IMG/VR virus record: IMGVR_UViG_3300002835_000015
Span: 64,001 to 128,000 of that record
Strand: one strand, 5' to 3'
DNA length: 64,000 nt
Source: a virus
Made by a program: the position numbers and the translations under genes
In this document: piece by piece, positions 18,608 through 28,978 of the stretch
How the letters are laid out: each line of letters opens with the position of its first letter
How positions within the stretch are numbered: the first letter of the stretch is position 1
Notes under the pieces: generated by a model
Seen by the model: only the letters and a program-made list of their open reading frames with translations
Told to the model about the DNA's origin: nothing
The model's database searches: none

Positions 18608-19291
18608 TTATTGTTCCTTTGTTATTAATTTGCATAGCTCTATAAATCTCTCTTGACTTAATTCCCACTTCATTTTATTTATATCTTTGTGTAACCACTG
18701 GATATTGTCTGTCGTATACCCTAGATCACTGTTTATTCTGTCTAATGATGCGGTTTGTACTGTTGGTTTTTCTCCAAACTTTGGGAATTGTAATTCTAAT
18801 CCAGACAAAGAACATTTTCTATTTTGCATTTTAAATTGTTGCCATAGATCATCAACAGTAATTTGAAAATTAATCTTTCTTTTTTTCGCTCCATGCTTTA
18901 ATGAATAAAAATACCTTGCTGGTATAGTGTGATGTTTTCTATTATTTTCTATTGCTATTTGGAATTTTGAACTTTTAGTGTGTTCTCTCTCTGTAATTCC
19001 ATGTTTTTCTAGAGCCTTTTTTACTATAGCTTTTCTTTGAAATCCTGCAAGTATAGCTACGTCTTTTAGACTTAAATTTTGTTTGATATAATACTCTTCA
19101 AGGAATTCTTTGGTCAATATTTTAGAACTATCTTTTAAGTTAGATCTATACAGGCCATATTTTTTTATATATTGACTTATTGAATTATGAGAATTGATAT
19201 TGAATTCTTTAGCTATTTGGTTAATGCTCTTTCTTTGTTTAATATAATGCTCTTCAAGAAATTCTTTGGTTAAAAGATCTTTTGGTTTCAT
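18608..19291 (-). CDS. Free-standing HNH-type homing endonuclease with duplicated N-terminal HTH
   Basis: CSLSG, SLDRINS..GY...NIQW...IN.MK; repeat LTKEFLEE.YIKQ twice; AAGGAG SD before MKPKD. Confidence 0.75.
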   Translation of the reverse strand: MKPKDLLTKEFLEEHYIKQRKSINQIAKEFNINSHNSISQYIKKYGLYRSNLKDSSKILTKEFLEEYYIKQNLSLKDVAILAGFQRKAIVKKALEKHGITEREHTKSSKFQIAIENNRKHHTIPARYFYSLKHGAKKRKINFQITVDDLWQQFKMQNRKCSLSGLELQFPKFGEKPTVQTASLDRINSDLGYTTDNIQWLHKDINKMKWELSQERFIELCKLITKEQ

Positions 19292-19329
19292 ATTATGCTC
19301 CTTAGTGAAGGACTTTAGTACATAATATG

Positions 19330-19336
19330 TATACAC
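19330..19336 (-). promoter_or_regulatory. GTGTATA candidate late promoter
   Basis: Recurrent motif about 39 nt upstream of start codon. Confidence 0.55.
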
Positions 19337-19344
19337 ATAAAATA

Positions 19345-20085
19345 CTAATTTCTCCAAAAGGTATTATTCTTGAGTTCGTCACATAGAACTTCTAGTGTCA
19401 TATTATGATTATCAATTACTGTATCAAAATTGTGCCAATCAAATCTGTCGCTATCTAATGATGATTCTGATTCAGAATCACTATTGAACATGTTCCTAGT
19501 TAATCTTATAACTATTCCGCCATTGTCCTTGATAGCCTTGACTTCGTTTGGGAATCTAACATCTGGAACAATAGCCAACTGAGAATCTTCATTTAGTATT
19601 TTGTTTATTGTTGCGTGTACCCAAGCATCTGACTTAACCCGTCTTATTATTTTAGTTCCAAAGTATTCTAAAAACTCTCTATGAGTCATATTTCCAGTTT
19701 TATTTGTTGGGGTTGGCATTTCTTCCCATAGAAATGGGGTATGTTCATTCTTTTGATCGTCAGTGCCATATACATTCTTAGAATTGAGTCCAAATAAATT
19801 AACTGACATGTCTTTCAAGTAATCTGCGAAATGGTACACCTTGACATAAGGCCACAATTCTTTTTCTGCATACTCAATAAAAATTGAGTCTTTTCTAGTA
19901 ACATCAAATATTCCATATCCACTTGTTCCAGTTATATCCTGAGTATTTATTAGTAGGTTGCCATCGTCGCTGATAGCAAAATCATTAATCATAGACCTTT
20001 CTTTCAGCACTTGGCCATTAATATAATTCGCTACTGTGTTTTTACCAGACTGTTTTCTACCAGAAATCCCAATAATTTTAACCAT
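19345..20085 (-). CDS. Deoxynucleoside monophosphate kinase
   Basis: IIGISGRKQSGKNT, FADYLK, DVRFPNE. Confidence 0.8.
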   Translation of the reverse strand: MVKIIGISGRKQSGKNTVANYINGQVLKERSMINDFAISDDGNLLINTQDITGTSGYGIFDVTRKDSIFIEYAEKELWPYVKVYHFADYLKDMSVNLFGLNSKNVYGTDDQKNEHTPFLWEEMPTPTNKTGNMTHREFLEYFGTKIIRRVKSDAWVHATINKILNEDSQLAIVPDVRFPNEVKAIKDNGGIVIRLTRNMFNSDSESESSLDSDRFDWHNFDTVIDNHNMTLEVLCDELKNNTFWRN

Positions 20086-21118
20086 TTATTGTTCCCCTAA
20101 CCTGTGGTATGATAATATTCTGTATTTGTTCGACTCTCATCTCGCCAACGTCTTTGGTTGGTATTTTGGGGAAAGATAACTTATACATTCTACCCAATTG
20201 TCTTTGGAGTTGAACTTTTGCCTCTCGACCCGCTTGATCATTGTCTAGTAAGACTATTATATGAGTGAGGGGCATTTTAGACAGTTTTAATTCTTGTTCT
20301 TTGCTAAGATTCCTACCAAAAAGACTCATTGACTGAGTAATACCAGCTTCATATAGTCTCCAAACATCGCCCTGTCCTTCTACTAGAAATAATGATGATG
20401 TTTGTTTAACACTTTCTATAGCTCGGTGATAGTTATAAAAGAAATATCTCTTATCAAACCCCTTTGGGTCTAGAAGAAACTTTGGGCTTCTATATTCTTT
20501 TATAGACCTTGCTATACAAGCTATTACTTTATCGCCCGTATCATTATGAATGGGGACTACTGATCTTTCGTATAATTTTGATCCACGATCATAACAATCT
20601 CCAACATCAAAATGAACTAAAGTTTCTGGTTTGAATCCCCTAGATATAAAATATTGTGACGGTGTTTTTACGCATTCTTCTATTTCAATTGCTGGATAAT
20701 TATCATCTAGTTTAACTTTAGAGTTTATTGTGTTTACTAGTTTATTAAAGTCATCTTCTTTTATTGGTTCTTTAACAATAGTTTTTTGAGATGAGCTTCT
20801 ATCTTTTTTGATACCTAGAAAATCACACGCCCATTTTAGAGCATCAGAAAATTCAGCCTCTACTCCAATCTCCTTTGAAAGTGATCCTCTTATAACTCCA
20901 AATATATCATTCCTGTATTGTTGCTGACAATCTCTAGTCCAGCATTTCCATATGCCTTTATCTTTAGAGAATGAGAATGCTCTTGGGTTATCGCTGCCTT
21001 CGTGGACAGGACAATTACAATAGATGTTATCTCCCAAAACTTCGTATTTCATACCTAGTTTTGAGAATACTTCTTCTGATTGCTCGTTAAGACTATTCTT
21101 GATCTTCTGCAAGTCCAT
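20078..21118 (-). CDS. dnaG: DNA primase
   Basis: CPVH...C...C zinc finger; VEGQGD and LDNDQAG TOPRIM motifs. Confidence 0.85.
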   Translation of the reverse strand: MDLQKIKNSLNEQSEEVFSKLGMKYEVLGDNIYCNCPVHEGSDNPRAFSFSKDKGIWKCWTRDCQQQYRNDIFGVIRGSLSKEIGVEAEFSDALKWACDFLGIKKDRSSSQKTIVKEPIKEDDFNKLVNTINSKVKLDDNYPAIEIEECVKTPSQYFISRGFKPETLVHFDVGDCYDRGSKLYERSVVPIHNDTGDKVIACIARSIKEYRSPKFLLDPKGFDKRYFFYNYHRAIESVKQTSSLFLVEGQGDVWRLYEAGITQSMSLFGRNLSKEQELKLSKMPLTHIIVLLDNDQAGREAKVQLQRQLGRMYKLSFPKIPTKDVGEMRVEQIQNIIIPQVRGTING

Positions 21119-22559
21119 TAATTTTTAGCTTATCTAATGTATTCTGATCTACCATACCAGTATCTCCAACTGGTTGATTCTTAAATTCATTACGTGTTTT
21201 AAGTTCTCTTAACTTGGCGTGAGATCCCTGCATTACCATGTTGATATAATCACCATCGTCCAAACCTCCACCATGCCTTGAAACAATTGGCACAAGCTTC
21301 CTATTGCCAGCATTTGGCCCATCTTCTGCTAGTTCTTCTGGAGATTTGATTTTGAATATACTGAATGATGTACATAGCCAAATCAATCTGTCCGATCCAG
21401 AAACAGCGTCTGTGCTTTCTTTTGTTATGCCGTCACGGTTCAATTGTACAAAGGACAAGCATGGTATGTCAAGCTTGACGCAAAGATTATGTAGCGATGT
21501 AATCTGAAAACCAAGTGCTTGGTACTCTTGTATATTATTAGTAATAGAAGTGGATGACATTAACTTAAGATAATCATATATAATAAGACAGTTATTTGTC
21601 TTGCCATTATCACCCATCTTGACTTCTTGCATAACCCAACGTTTAATTAGGTTAAGTATTTGTTCAAATGGTTTTCCAGCAACGCTAACATAACTATAAG
21701 GTATAGACTCAATCTTTTCAATTGCTTCCATTACCTTGCGTCGTTTTTCTTCATCTTCTGTAAACTTACCAGTGGCTACTTCATTGATTGGAACTCCACT
21801 TATGTTTGCCAATAGTCTATTTAAATGATCTTCCTTACTCATTTCAGTATCTAACATCAATACTGGAACTCCACCAGAAGATACATTTAATGCTACATTA
21901 TCAGCGAACACGCTTTTCCCAACTTTGGGTCGTGCTGATATTAAATCAACACACTTCCTTCGCAATCCACCGCCAATTGCTTCATCATACTTGTTGAAGC
22001 CGGTTGGAATGCCTATAATGTCACATTTATTTTCTTCTAGAAACTGTATATAATCTTTGGCATCCTTGCCAATCTTTTCTGGAAGATCGCCGCTATCATC
22101 TTCCCTTAAGAAATCAGTAACTGGATTCTCCAGTATTTGTATAATCTCATTTATAGACTCAGCACCAGTAACACTATCTACATCTTTATGAATTTTTGCA
22201 GTAAGACCTTTTATCTTACGTGCAAATTCAAACTTCTTCATCTGTATTGCAAAGCTAAACACATTATCTTTGTTGATTGGGAAGTCCATTAAAGACTTAA
22301 TATACTTCAACTCTTGATCTGTGTTTATGCTTTCAGAAAGATTCAACTGATCTGCTGCCGACAGTATTGATGGTATATCTACTTTCTGATCGTTGAGAAT
22401 AACCTTTTCAATGCACTTAAACAATATTTGATTATTCAAATGTCCGAAAGTATCTTGACTCACTACGTCAGATATAGCTACATATCCATCTATACCGTGC
22501 TGCAATAGTCCAGCTAAAACGGCTCTTTCTGATCCAATATCAGTTAGTTTAACTTCCAT
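21093..22559 (-). CDS. dnaB: Replicative DNA helicase
   Basis: GIPTGF, ARPKVGKS, TEM, IYDYLKLM, QLNR; likely start MEVKL. Confidence 0.9.
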   Translation of the reverse strand: MEVKLTDIGSERAVLAGLLQHGIDGYVAISDVVSQDTFGHLNNQILFKCIEKVILNDQKVDIPSILSAADQLNLSESINTDQELKYIKSLMDFPINKDNVFSFAIQMKKFEFARKIKGLTAKIHKDVDSVTGAESINEIIQILENPVTDFLREDDSGDLPEKIGKDAKDYIQFLEENKCDIIGIPTGFNKYDEAIGGGLRRKCVDLISARPKVGKSVFADNVALNVSSGGVPVLMLDTEMSKEDHLNRLLANISGVPINEVATGKFTEDEEKRRKVMEAIEKIESIPYSYVSVAGKPFEQILNLIKRWVMQEVKMGDNGKTNNCLIIYDYLKLMSSTSITNNIQEYQALGFQITSLHNLCVKLDIPCLSFVQLNRDGITKESTDAVSGSDRLIWLCTSFSIFKIKSPEELAEDGPNAGNRKLVPIVSRHGGGLDDGDYINMVMQGSHAKLRELKTRNEFKNQPVGDTGMVDQNTLDKLKINGLAEDQE

Positions 22560-22560
22560 A

Positions 22561-22980
22561 TTATTTGCCGGTGCATCGATTGCAACGGTAGTAATCTCCA
22601 TGAACAAACTTGGGATCTTCCTTGAATGATTTTCCACAAACGTGGCACTCTACTTCTACTCTTTTATGTGGTTGACGGCGACGGGGTGTTCTCTCAAACT
22701 GTGGAGTTTCTACATCCTTAAACTCGCCCGTGTCTTTCCACTCGTTCTTTCTGGCTCTCACGGCTTCTTTTCTCCTAGTATTAGAATTACTATCCTGCTT
22801 AAAAACAGTAAAATCTTCATTCACGCTTGCAGGAGGCGTGGAAGATTGTATTTTCTTTATGCTTTCCTTTTTCACTTCTTTTGGAACGCTGGCTACGGTT
22901 GGACTATCACCAACTAGTGCTTTTAATAAAGCTTGCTTTTGCTCATCGTTAAGCATATTTATAAAATCGTTCATACTCAT
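22561..22980 (-). CDS. Hypothetical protein with C-terminal Zn finger
   Basis: CHVC...CNRC. Confidence 0.7.
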   Translation of the reverse strand: MSMNDFINMLNDEQKQALLKALVGDSPTVASVPKEVKKESIKKIQSSTPPASVNEDFTVFKQDSNSNTRRKEAVRARKNEWKDTGEFKDVETPQFERTPRRRQPHKRVEVECHVCGKSFKEDPKFVHGDYYRCNRCTGK

Positions 22981-23453
22981 GATCGTTTACCTTTCTCAAG
23001 TAGTATATCGGCTTTTCTCTTTAGTTCAAATACTTTACCATCTAATGATTGTAGCCTAGCCTCTGCTACTTCTCTCATATTTTCTAGCGATGCAGCATAT
23101 GAATTACTATTAGCTAATATGTGCTTCTTAGATTCGTGCTTAGTATACTGACCAAACTCTTGACTATTCTTAACAATTAGCTTTTCCATTTGATCATTGC
23201 ACCAGTTCAATGCCACTTTATTCTTACTTATTTCGTCTTGAATGTAGGTAGCGTAACCATATAAAAGATATGCGGCATCAAATAGTTCTGTTTGTGTTAA
23301 CTTCCTAAGTTGATCAGAGGACATATCTGCTACAAACAAATATTCTTCTCTAAAAGAAGAGAACTTTGTATTACTCAAATTTATATAGTCATTAATTGAT
23401 GCTATATATTCTGCTAACTTATCAGATGCCTTTAATTCTTTGTCGCCACTCAT
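22977..23453 (-). CDS. Helical hypothetical protein (possible recombination mediator)
   Basis: Coiled-coil character; between recA and dnaB. Confidence 0.6.
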   Translation of the reverse strand: MSGDKELKASDKLAEYIASINDYINLSNTKFSSFREEYLFVADMSSDQLRKLTQTELFDAAYLLYGYATYIQDEISKNKVALNWCNDQMEKLIVKNSQEFGQYTKHESKKHILANSNSYAASLENMREVAEARLQSLDGKVFELKRKADILLEKGKRS

Positions 23454-23844
23454 CGTCGCTTTCTGAATATTTTAGGGTTATTAGTTCAATTCCATTCAAC
23501 TCACACCAGTTTATCTTATCATCGTCACGAACTTGACCTTTTATGAAGTCTGCTTTGCTCCTATGAAAGAATGGATTGTACTCATAGTGCTGCTCTCCAT
23601 GAACCTCAACCCCCAGTTTAATAGAAGGAATATAAAAGTCAAGGTACAGTACAGATTTTCTATGTAAGGCTGTGCTTCCCGGTAACTTTACTTCTTCTAG
23701 TATTCTATAACTATTGTAGATTTCTTTTAGTAAGTTTCTAGCCCGAATATGATATTTAGATCGCTTACGCTTGTCATCATTAAAAACATCATATCCAGTT
23801 AGATTCCACGCATATTCTTTACCATTTATGCCGGTAACTTTCAA
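23422..23844 (-). CDS. DUF559/Vsr-like endonuclease
   Basis: LDFYIP...VEVHGEQHY...RDDDK..WC...GI.L. Confidence 0.75.
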   Translation of the reverse strand: MKVTGINGKEYAWNLTGYDVFNDDKRKRSKYHIRARNLLKEIYNSYRILEEVKLPGSTALHRKSVLYLDFYIPSIKLGVEVHGEQHYEYNPFFHRSKADFIKGQVRDDDKINWCELNGIELITLKYSESDDEWRQRIKGI

Positions 23845-24947
23845 TGAAGCTCCTTTATCTTGTTATAAATAAATGATGAAATTGCTAGATTGCCATTCAA
23901 GAATTCTGCTACGTTGTTAACGCCTTGAAACTTAAAGAATCTTTCTATTTCGTCTGGAGTCTTGCCTATCTGGTTTTCTTCTAGCACCTTAGAAACAATG
24001 GGATTTTCTGGTTCATCTACGGCACACTGTATAGTATACCAAGCACCAGCCGCTTTGATAAGTCTAAACTCACAGGCAATCTGAATTATCTCTTGTACTT
24101 CGTCAACTCCAACCCCGTACTTAATCCAACTTTCTGCTGTACTATTTGGCCTACCGCCAGCGGTTGATGTTTTTATTACCCAGTTTGCTATCTGACCAAC
24201 GTGTACACCAGTATCTTTTGGAACTTGCCACTTTCCGCGATGGGTGATCACCATGTTTGTACCGGCTTGATATTGTAACATGTTTCCACAATCTGCCATT
24301 TTTTGTGGTGCATATGGAGATCCACCAGTATTAGCAATATTGTGAGTGATACAAATTAGTATAGTCTTATTCTTCATAAGCGTACCACTGATACGCTTGA
24401 AAAACATGGAGAGTAATCTAGGCAAAGCATTTCTTACGCCAGTTCTAACTTCTCCCTCTAGTTCACACGCAGGAACCATGTTAGATAGTGAATCCGTAAT
24501 TATAACACAGCCGGGATCATTATTAATATAAAACTCAATAATGTTTAAGAAGTCTTCAGCAGATAGAACTCTCTCGTCGGTTGATTCTATAATGATGATG
24601 TTATCTGGCTCTAGACCTCTAATACCATCAAAGTTTTGCTTAGATAGTCTACCCTCTGTGTTTATATAAATGATTCTCTTACTGAGCTTTTGACATTTGG
24701 CAGCAAAGTGCAAAGCTGTGGTGGTCTTTCCGCTCTTTGGATCTCCTGTCATTACTACAACAGACCCCTCTCTTAGTCCACCACCAAGAGCAATATCTAA
24801 TGCTGGAGATATGCCTATAACTCCAAGATTATTTATATTTTGAAGAACCTCCGTTCCGCTCCTAACAACATCGCCATATTTACTAACTATTGAATTGCTA
24901 ACTGCATCTTCTGAAAACTTACCTGTTATCTTCTTGGCTTTGCTCAT
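23841..24947 (-). CDS. recA: RecA/UvsX recombinase
   Basis: LDIALGGG, GDPKSGKTT, TEGR, DSL, AGAWY. Confidence 0.9.
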   Translation of the reverse strand: MSKAKKITGKFSEDAVSNSIVSKYGDVVRSGTEVLQNINNLGVIGISPALDIALGGGLREGSVVVMTGDPKSGKTTTALHFAAKCQKLSKRIIYINTEGRLSKQNFDGIRGLEPDNIIIIESTDERVLSAEDFLNIIEFYINNDPGCVIITDSLSNMVPACELEGEVRTGVRNALPRLLSMFFKRISGTLMKNKTILICITHNIANTGGSPYAPQKMADCGNMLQYQAGTNMVITHRGKWQVPKDTGVHVGQIANWVIKTSTAGGRPNSTAESWIKYGVGVDEVQEIIQIACEFRLIKAAGAWYTIQCAVDEPENPIVSKVLEENQIGKTPDEIERFFKFQGVNNVAEFLNGNLAISSFIYNKIKELH

Positions 24948-25465
24948 AAATTCCTCAATTGGTTCAACGTTGTCCTTTTTGTATTATAGCTGCTAGACGA
25001 TCTAGTTTCAAGCGGTTTATTTTCTTCTTTAACTTCGAGATTGACTTGGGGTTTATTTTGTTCTTCCTCAATCTTCTTTTGATATTTTGCAATTACTTTT
25101 TCTGCTTCTGGACTAATCTTATATCCTCTACCGTTTTGCACCCCAAGTACTAATAGTCTATCAAAGTCTTTTGACTTTATGGCTTGTAATATAGCTTCTT
25201 CGCTATATTTTTTTCTAAGCTGAACCGCAGCACCATGCTGTTTCTTCCACAGCCAATGTAGAGGATCACCTTTGGTCCAGAACTTATATGAAGGCTTGCC
25301 CAAGTTCAACTTCTCTGATCTTCTTAAAACTATATATTCTGCAACGTATGCTTCAAAAGTGCAATATTCACCAGTATGAATATGCTTGTACTTATGAGTT
25401 TCAGACCATTGCTTTTGATAGTCTTGATTAAAAAGGTCAGGCTTCTCTTTTTTTGGTGTAGTCAT
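24944..25465 (-). CDS. Hypothetical protein
   Basis: ORF in operon, overlapped neighbours. Confidence 0.7.
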   Translation of the reverse strand: MTTPKKEKPDLFNQDYQKQWSETHKYKHIHTGEYCTFEAYVAEYIVLRRSEKLNLGKPSYKFWTKGDPLHWLWKKQHGAAVQLRKKYSEEAILQAIKSKDFDRLLVLGVQNGRGYKISPEAEKVIAKYQKKIEEEQNKPQVNLEVKEENKPLETRSSSSYNTKRTTLNQLRNL

Positions 25466-25871
25466 ATATTAATGCTTCCTCAAAACAATCCTCAACATTA
25501 TCTTCGTCTTCTAATTCTTTAATCAATTCTGGGATAACCCAAATAGTTTTCTTAACAATATCATCGTGTAACATACCAATAGTAAATGTTTGGCGTGTTG
25601 ATTGACCGAATGATCCTATGATGGATCGTGTCAAGTATACACCATCTGAGTTTAGTGTGTCAACCTCTATAGAATGAGATCGGTACTGTAGCCCAACTTT
25701 CTTTACTGATAACTTGTTTTCTTTGCAATATGTTTTTAGTTCAAACCAATCTGAATAATCTGTTAGATATATCTCTAAATCATTAGATAAGATTGCTCTT
25801 ATCCAAGTCTTATACTTATCTTTTTTATACTCTTCAAGCCAATCTTTATATGATATTATGAAGTTTTTCAT
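25437..25871 (-). CDS. Hypothetical protein
   Basis: ORF in operon. Confidence 0.7.
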   Translation of the reverse strand: MKNFIISYKDWLEEYKKDKYKTWIRAILSNDLEIYLTDYSDWFELKTYCKENKLSVKKVGLQYRSHSIEVDTLNSDGVYLTRSIIGSFGQSTRQTFTIGMLHDDIVKKTIWVIPELIKELEDEDNVEDCFEEALIYDYTKKREA

Positions 25872-26152
25872 CTGATCTTGGTCACGCAGTCGTGTTTTAC
25901 TGGGGTAGTCTTTTTATTCTCATCTATCATTGTAGATGCATTTTCAGTCATTATGGTAGCACCGCTCTGACGGGCAAATTGCTGATCAATCAAAGTTCTT
26001 GGTGCTTCGACTTTACTCTTTTTTATATATTTTTCTATAGCACCAGCTGCTCTATCTAAATCTGTTGCTATTTGTTCTATTGATTGTCCAGATTTAAATT
26101 TTTCCTCAACATAAAAAGCTTCTGCTTTACCAAGCGGTCCTGTCTTAGCCAT
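25868..26152 (-). CDS. Hypothetical HTH-like protein
   Basis: SIEQIATDLDRAAGAIEKY. Confidence 0.65.
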   Translation of the reverse strand: MAKTGPLGKAEAFYVEEKFKSGQSIEQIATDLDRAAGAIEKYIKKSKVEAPRTLIDQQFARQSGATIMTENASTMIDENKKTTPVKHDCVTKIR

Positions 26153-26492
26153 TAATGAAACTCCTTTGCGCTCTTGTCATATATAATGAGTTTTTGGTTT
26201 TTAAGTACGATGTATAATAACTGTGAGTTTGCTTACTAACGGGCTTGTATTCTAATCTTAGATTTGATTCTCTATGACTATCAGCACCATAAGGATCATA
26301 TGGTTGATTATTAAAAGTAAGAATAGCATATTTCATCTGAATTCTTCCTTCTCCCATATCTGTTGTAATAGTTTTAGCAAAAATTCTTTCTGACTCATCT
26401 GCAATTGGTAAACCCAACTTATTCAATGATACTTCATGAATTTCTTTTTTATCAATATTTTCAACACTATCTGATGAATTTATAAACTTCAT
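26145..26492 (-). CDS. Hypothetical protein
   Basis: ORF in operon. Confidence 0.7.
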   Translation of the reverse strand: MKFINSSDSVENIDKKEIHEVSLNKLGLPIADESERIFAKTITTDMGEGRIQMKYAILTFNNQPYDPYGADSHRESNLRLEYKPVSKQTHSYYTSYLKTKNSLYMTRAQRSFING

Positions 26493-26839
26493 TTTTCACC
26501 TGTCATTATGTATTTAGTTCTTTGAGTCTCAGTCATTTTATTTATCTCTTTTTTAGATGCGGACCCAAAAGTAGAAAGTGGAGAAGATTCCTGTGTATTC
26601 TTTTTAGAATTTGCTTCTATTTCAGATCTTTCATAGTGTCCTTTTTTGGACCAATTTTTGTCTGCCAAACTACCTATTGTTTTAGGATCAGACATAAAAG
26701 AAGCTATGCCACCATATATTACCCTTCTCAGACCATCTTTTCCACAACTTGGGCATTGTGTAAAAGCTTCATCTTTAATAGATTGGTAAACGTCATTCAT
26801 TTCATGCGAACATTCGTCGCAGATATAATCATATAGCAT
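26489..26839 (-). CDS. FmdB-family zinc ribbon protein
   Basis: YDYICDEC.H...CPSCG...LRRVI. Confidence 0.8.
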   Translation of the reverse strand: MLYDYICDECSHEMNDVYQSIKDEAFTQCPSCGKDGLRRVIYGGIASFMSDPKTIGSLADKNWSKKGHYERSEIEANSKKNTQESSPLSTFGSASKKEINKMTETQRTKYIMTGEK

Positions 26840-26840
26840 A

Positions 26841-27518
26841 TTATTCCTTATCTATTGAATTAGCCCACATCTTCATTTTTGATACCATATCCTCATGCAT
26901 AGTTGCATGTAAAATTATCCCATCATTTTCACTGTTTTCATTATACCTCTTATCATGTAAATGTACATTATAGATAAAAGGTAACTGACATGTTTTTTCG
27001 AACAAGTCTTTTTTTTCTTTAGTAATTGGATTTCTGAACATTACATCTATAAGAGATCCTTGTTCCCACCATAGTGGATCTATAGAATTTTTGTTATTCC
27101 ATATATCATTTAATAGCGATATACATTCCTGTTTTAAAACCCAAGCCCCACAATTTGGAACATTAAAATTAATGCCCGGAATTTGATGAAAAACCAAGCC
27201 TTGGATGTAAGATGATTCAAAAAAACCATCAAAAATATCTTTAGAAGTTTTGTTTATAATAATATCTGAGTCTAACCATAAAACCAAATCATATTTTTCT
27301 ATTTCTAATAAATATTTTAGTATTGGAATTTTTAACCAAGACGGTGGCCTTTCATGATCCCAATCAAATAAGTTACATATAGCTTTTACTTTTTCATGTG
27401 ATGGCATGAACAAATCATAATTATGCTTTGTGGCATATTTATAAAATGATGGTAGAGCTATTTGCAACAAATTTGAATGCTTGTCCCCTAGTGCAAAACT
27501 AACAATTGCTTTTTTCAT
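26841..27518 (-). CDS. GT34/Mnn10-like glycosyltransferase
   Basis: YATKHNYD, WLKI, LWLDSD, PNCG, WEQG. Confidence 0.75.
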   Translation of the reverse strand: MKKAIVSFALGDKHSNLLQIALPSFYKYATKHNYDLFMPSHEKVKAICNLFDWDHERPPSWLKIPILKYLLEIEKYDLVLWLDSDIIINKTSKDIFDGFFESSYIQGLVFHQIPGINFNVPNCGAWVLKQECISLLNDIWNNKNSIDPLWWEQGSLIDVMFRNPITKEKKDLFEKTCQLPFIYNVHLHDKRYNENSENDGIILHATMHEDMVSKMKMWANSIDKE

Positions 27519-27535
27519 GACTTCCTTATATTTAA

Positions 27536-28213
27536 CTAAGATTCAAGTGCAAATAAAACCGCACCTAATATACCATTTCTCTGTATATCTTGATAATCTA
27601 ATCCACAAACTCCAACACCATTTATGCCAGATAATTTAGTTATACATTCTATTAATCCATTACCGTGATATAAGTCAGTTTGCTTAGTATCGCCATTGAT
27701 CATAACTTTAGACTTTTCGCCCATTCTTGTAATAAACATTTTTATCTGTTCTAATGTACAATTTTGTGCTTCATCTAGAATCATGTAAGCATTATGGAAT
27801 GTAGAACCTCTCATGGTTTCTAATGGTTCAAATCTAATTCTTCTAGTATTATAATAAAGACCAAATTTATCTCTACCAAGAAAGTACTTTAGATTTTCTT
27901 CCATTGGTTGTAGGTATGGTTTTATTTTCTCATTAAGTTCTCCCGGTAAAGAGCCAATGTCTTTTCCGGTACAAACTAACGGTCGTGTTACTATTATAGA
28001 ATCTATTTTATCCTTTAACAAGTGGTCCGCAGCTATTCCAGCAGCGATAAATGACTTACCAGTACCAGAAGGTCCGGTGCAGAATATAATATCATTCTCT
28101 ACAATAGATCTGATATATTCTTTTTGATTGTCAGTTTTAGCAACTAGAACATTGTCTTTTGGTTGATTCTTGTTTTTCTTATTTTTTCTCGGATTGTTGG
28201 CCGCTGCTGACAT
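27536..28213 (-). CDS. phoH: PhoH-family protein
   Basis: GPSGTGKS, LPG, MRGSTF, DEAQN, TRMG, GDTKQTD; likely start MSAAANN with GGAG SD. Confidence 0.9.
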   Translation of the reverse strand: MSAAANNPRKNKKNKNQPKDNVLVAKTDNQKEYIRSIVENDIIFCTGPSGTGKSFIAAGIAADHLLKDKIDSIIVTRPLVCTGKDIGSLPGELNEKIKPYLQPMEENLKYFLGRDKFGLYYNTRRIRFEPLETMRGSTFHNAYMILDEAQNCTLEQIKMFITRMGEKSKVMINGDTKQTDLYHGNGLIECITKLSGINGVGVCGLDYQDIQRNGILGAVLFALES

Positions 28214-28934
28214 TGATTTCTCCATTGTTACATGGGGGGTTGTTTTCATACCACCATTTTATAGACTTTATCATGTCCTCAAACGACTTTAATCCCAATG
28301 ATTGTTTGAAGGAATTTATTCCAAATATACACCATATTACATTCCCCTTCACATAACCATCTGTCGGTTCGATTCTATCCAAAGATGGACCATCCCACGA
28401 TTGAAATCCATCCTGCTTCATAGAATTTTTCATAGGTATGTTTGAATAAAAACAGTGTCCATTTTGTTTTTTCCATAGATCAATAAGATATTCTATATCT
28501 AAATCAAATTTAATACCATTTTTTTCTGCTCTAGATTTTATCGTACCAATACGTCTTTTAATATAGAATTCAAAATCTCCATTTTCAATAGCAAATTTAA
28601 ATCTACGAGATCTAGATCGATTACATCTAATAACTGATTTTTCTTTGTTATAGCATTCTCGACATTCTTTTGAAACGCCTCCAGAAAGCTTACGACTTTT
28701 GTTAAAAAGGCTTAAATCTTTCCATTGTTTGCATTTATAACATCTTTTTGAATTTTCTACAACAGTAGGGCATTTATGTTTTGCATAAGCATTTCTACAC
28801 TCTCTATGTATATTTGAGTAACAATTATCACAAGTCACTACTATTTTTGAATGAGAACCTTTGTGCAAATCTGAAACTTTGTAACCAAAAGTTGCTAATG
28901 TCAATTCTTCATTAGGTGTAACGTCTGATAGCAT
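28179..28934 (-). CDS. Free-standing HNH-type homing endonuclease with Zn-binding N-terminus
   Basis: CDNC, CYKC, CREC; CFYS, SLDRIEP..GY..GNV; GGAG SD before MLSDV. Confidence 0.75.
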   Translation of the reverse strand: MLSDVTPNEELTLATFGYKVSDLHKGSHSKIVVTCDNCYSNIHRECRNAYAKHKCPTVVENSKRCYKCKQWKDLSLFNKSRKLSGGVSKECRECYNKEKSVIRCNRSRSRRFKFAIENGDFEFYIKRRIGTIKSRAEKNGIKFDLDIEYLIDLWKKQNGHCFYSNIPMKNSMKQDGFQSWDGPSLDRIEPTDGYVKGNVIWCIFGINSFKQSLGLKSFEDMIKSIKWWYENNPPCNNGEINVSSGQQSEKK

Positions 28935-28971
28935 AATATTTCTCCATGCGGTTTGAAAAATCATACTATTT

Positions 28972-28978
28972 TATACAC
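28972..28978 (-). promoter_or_regulatory. GTGTATA candidate late promoter
   Basis: Recurrent motif about 38 nt upstream of start codon. Confidence 0.55.
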
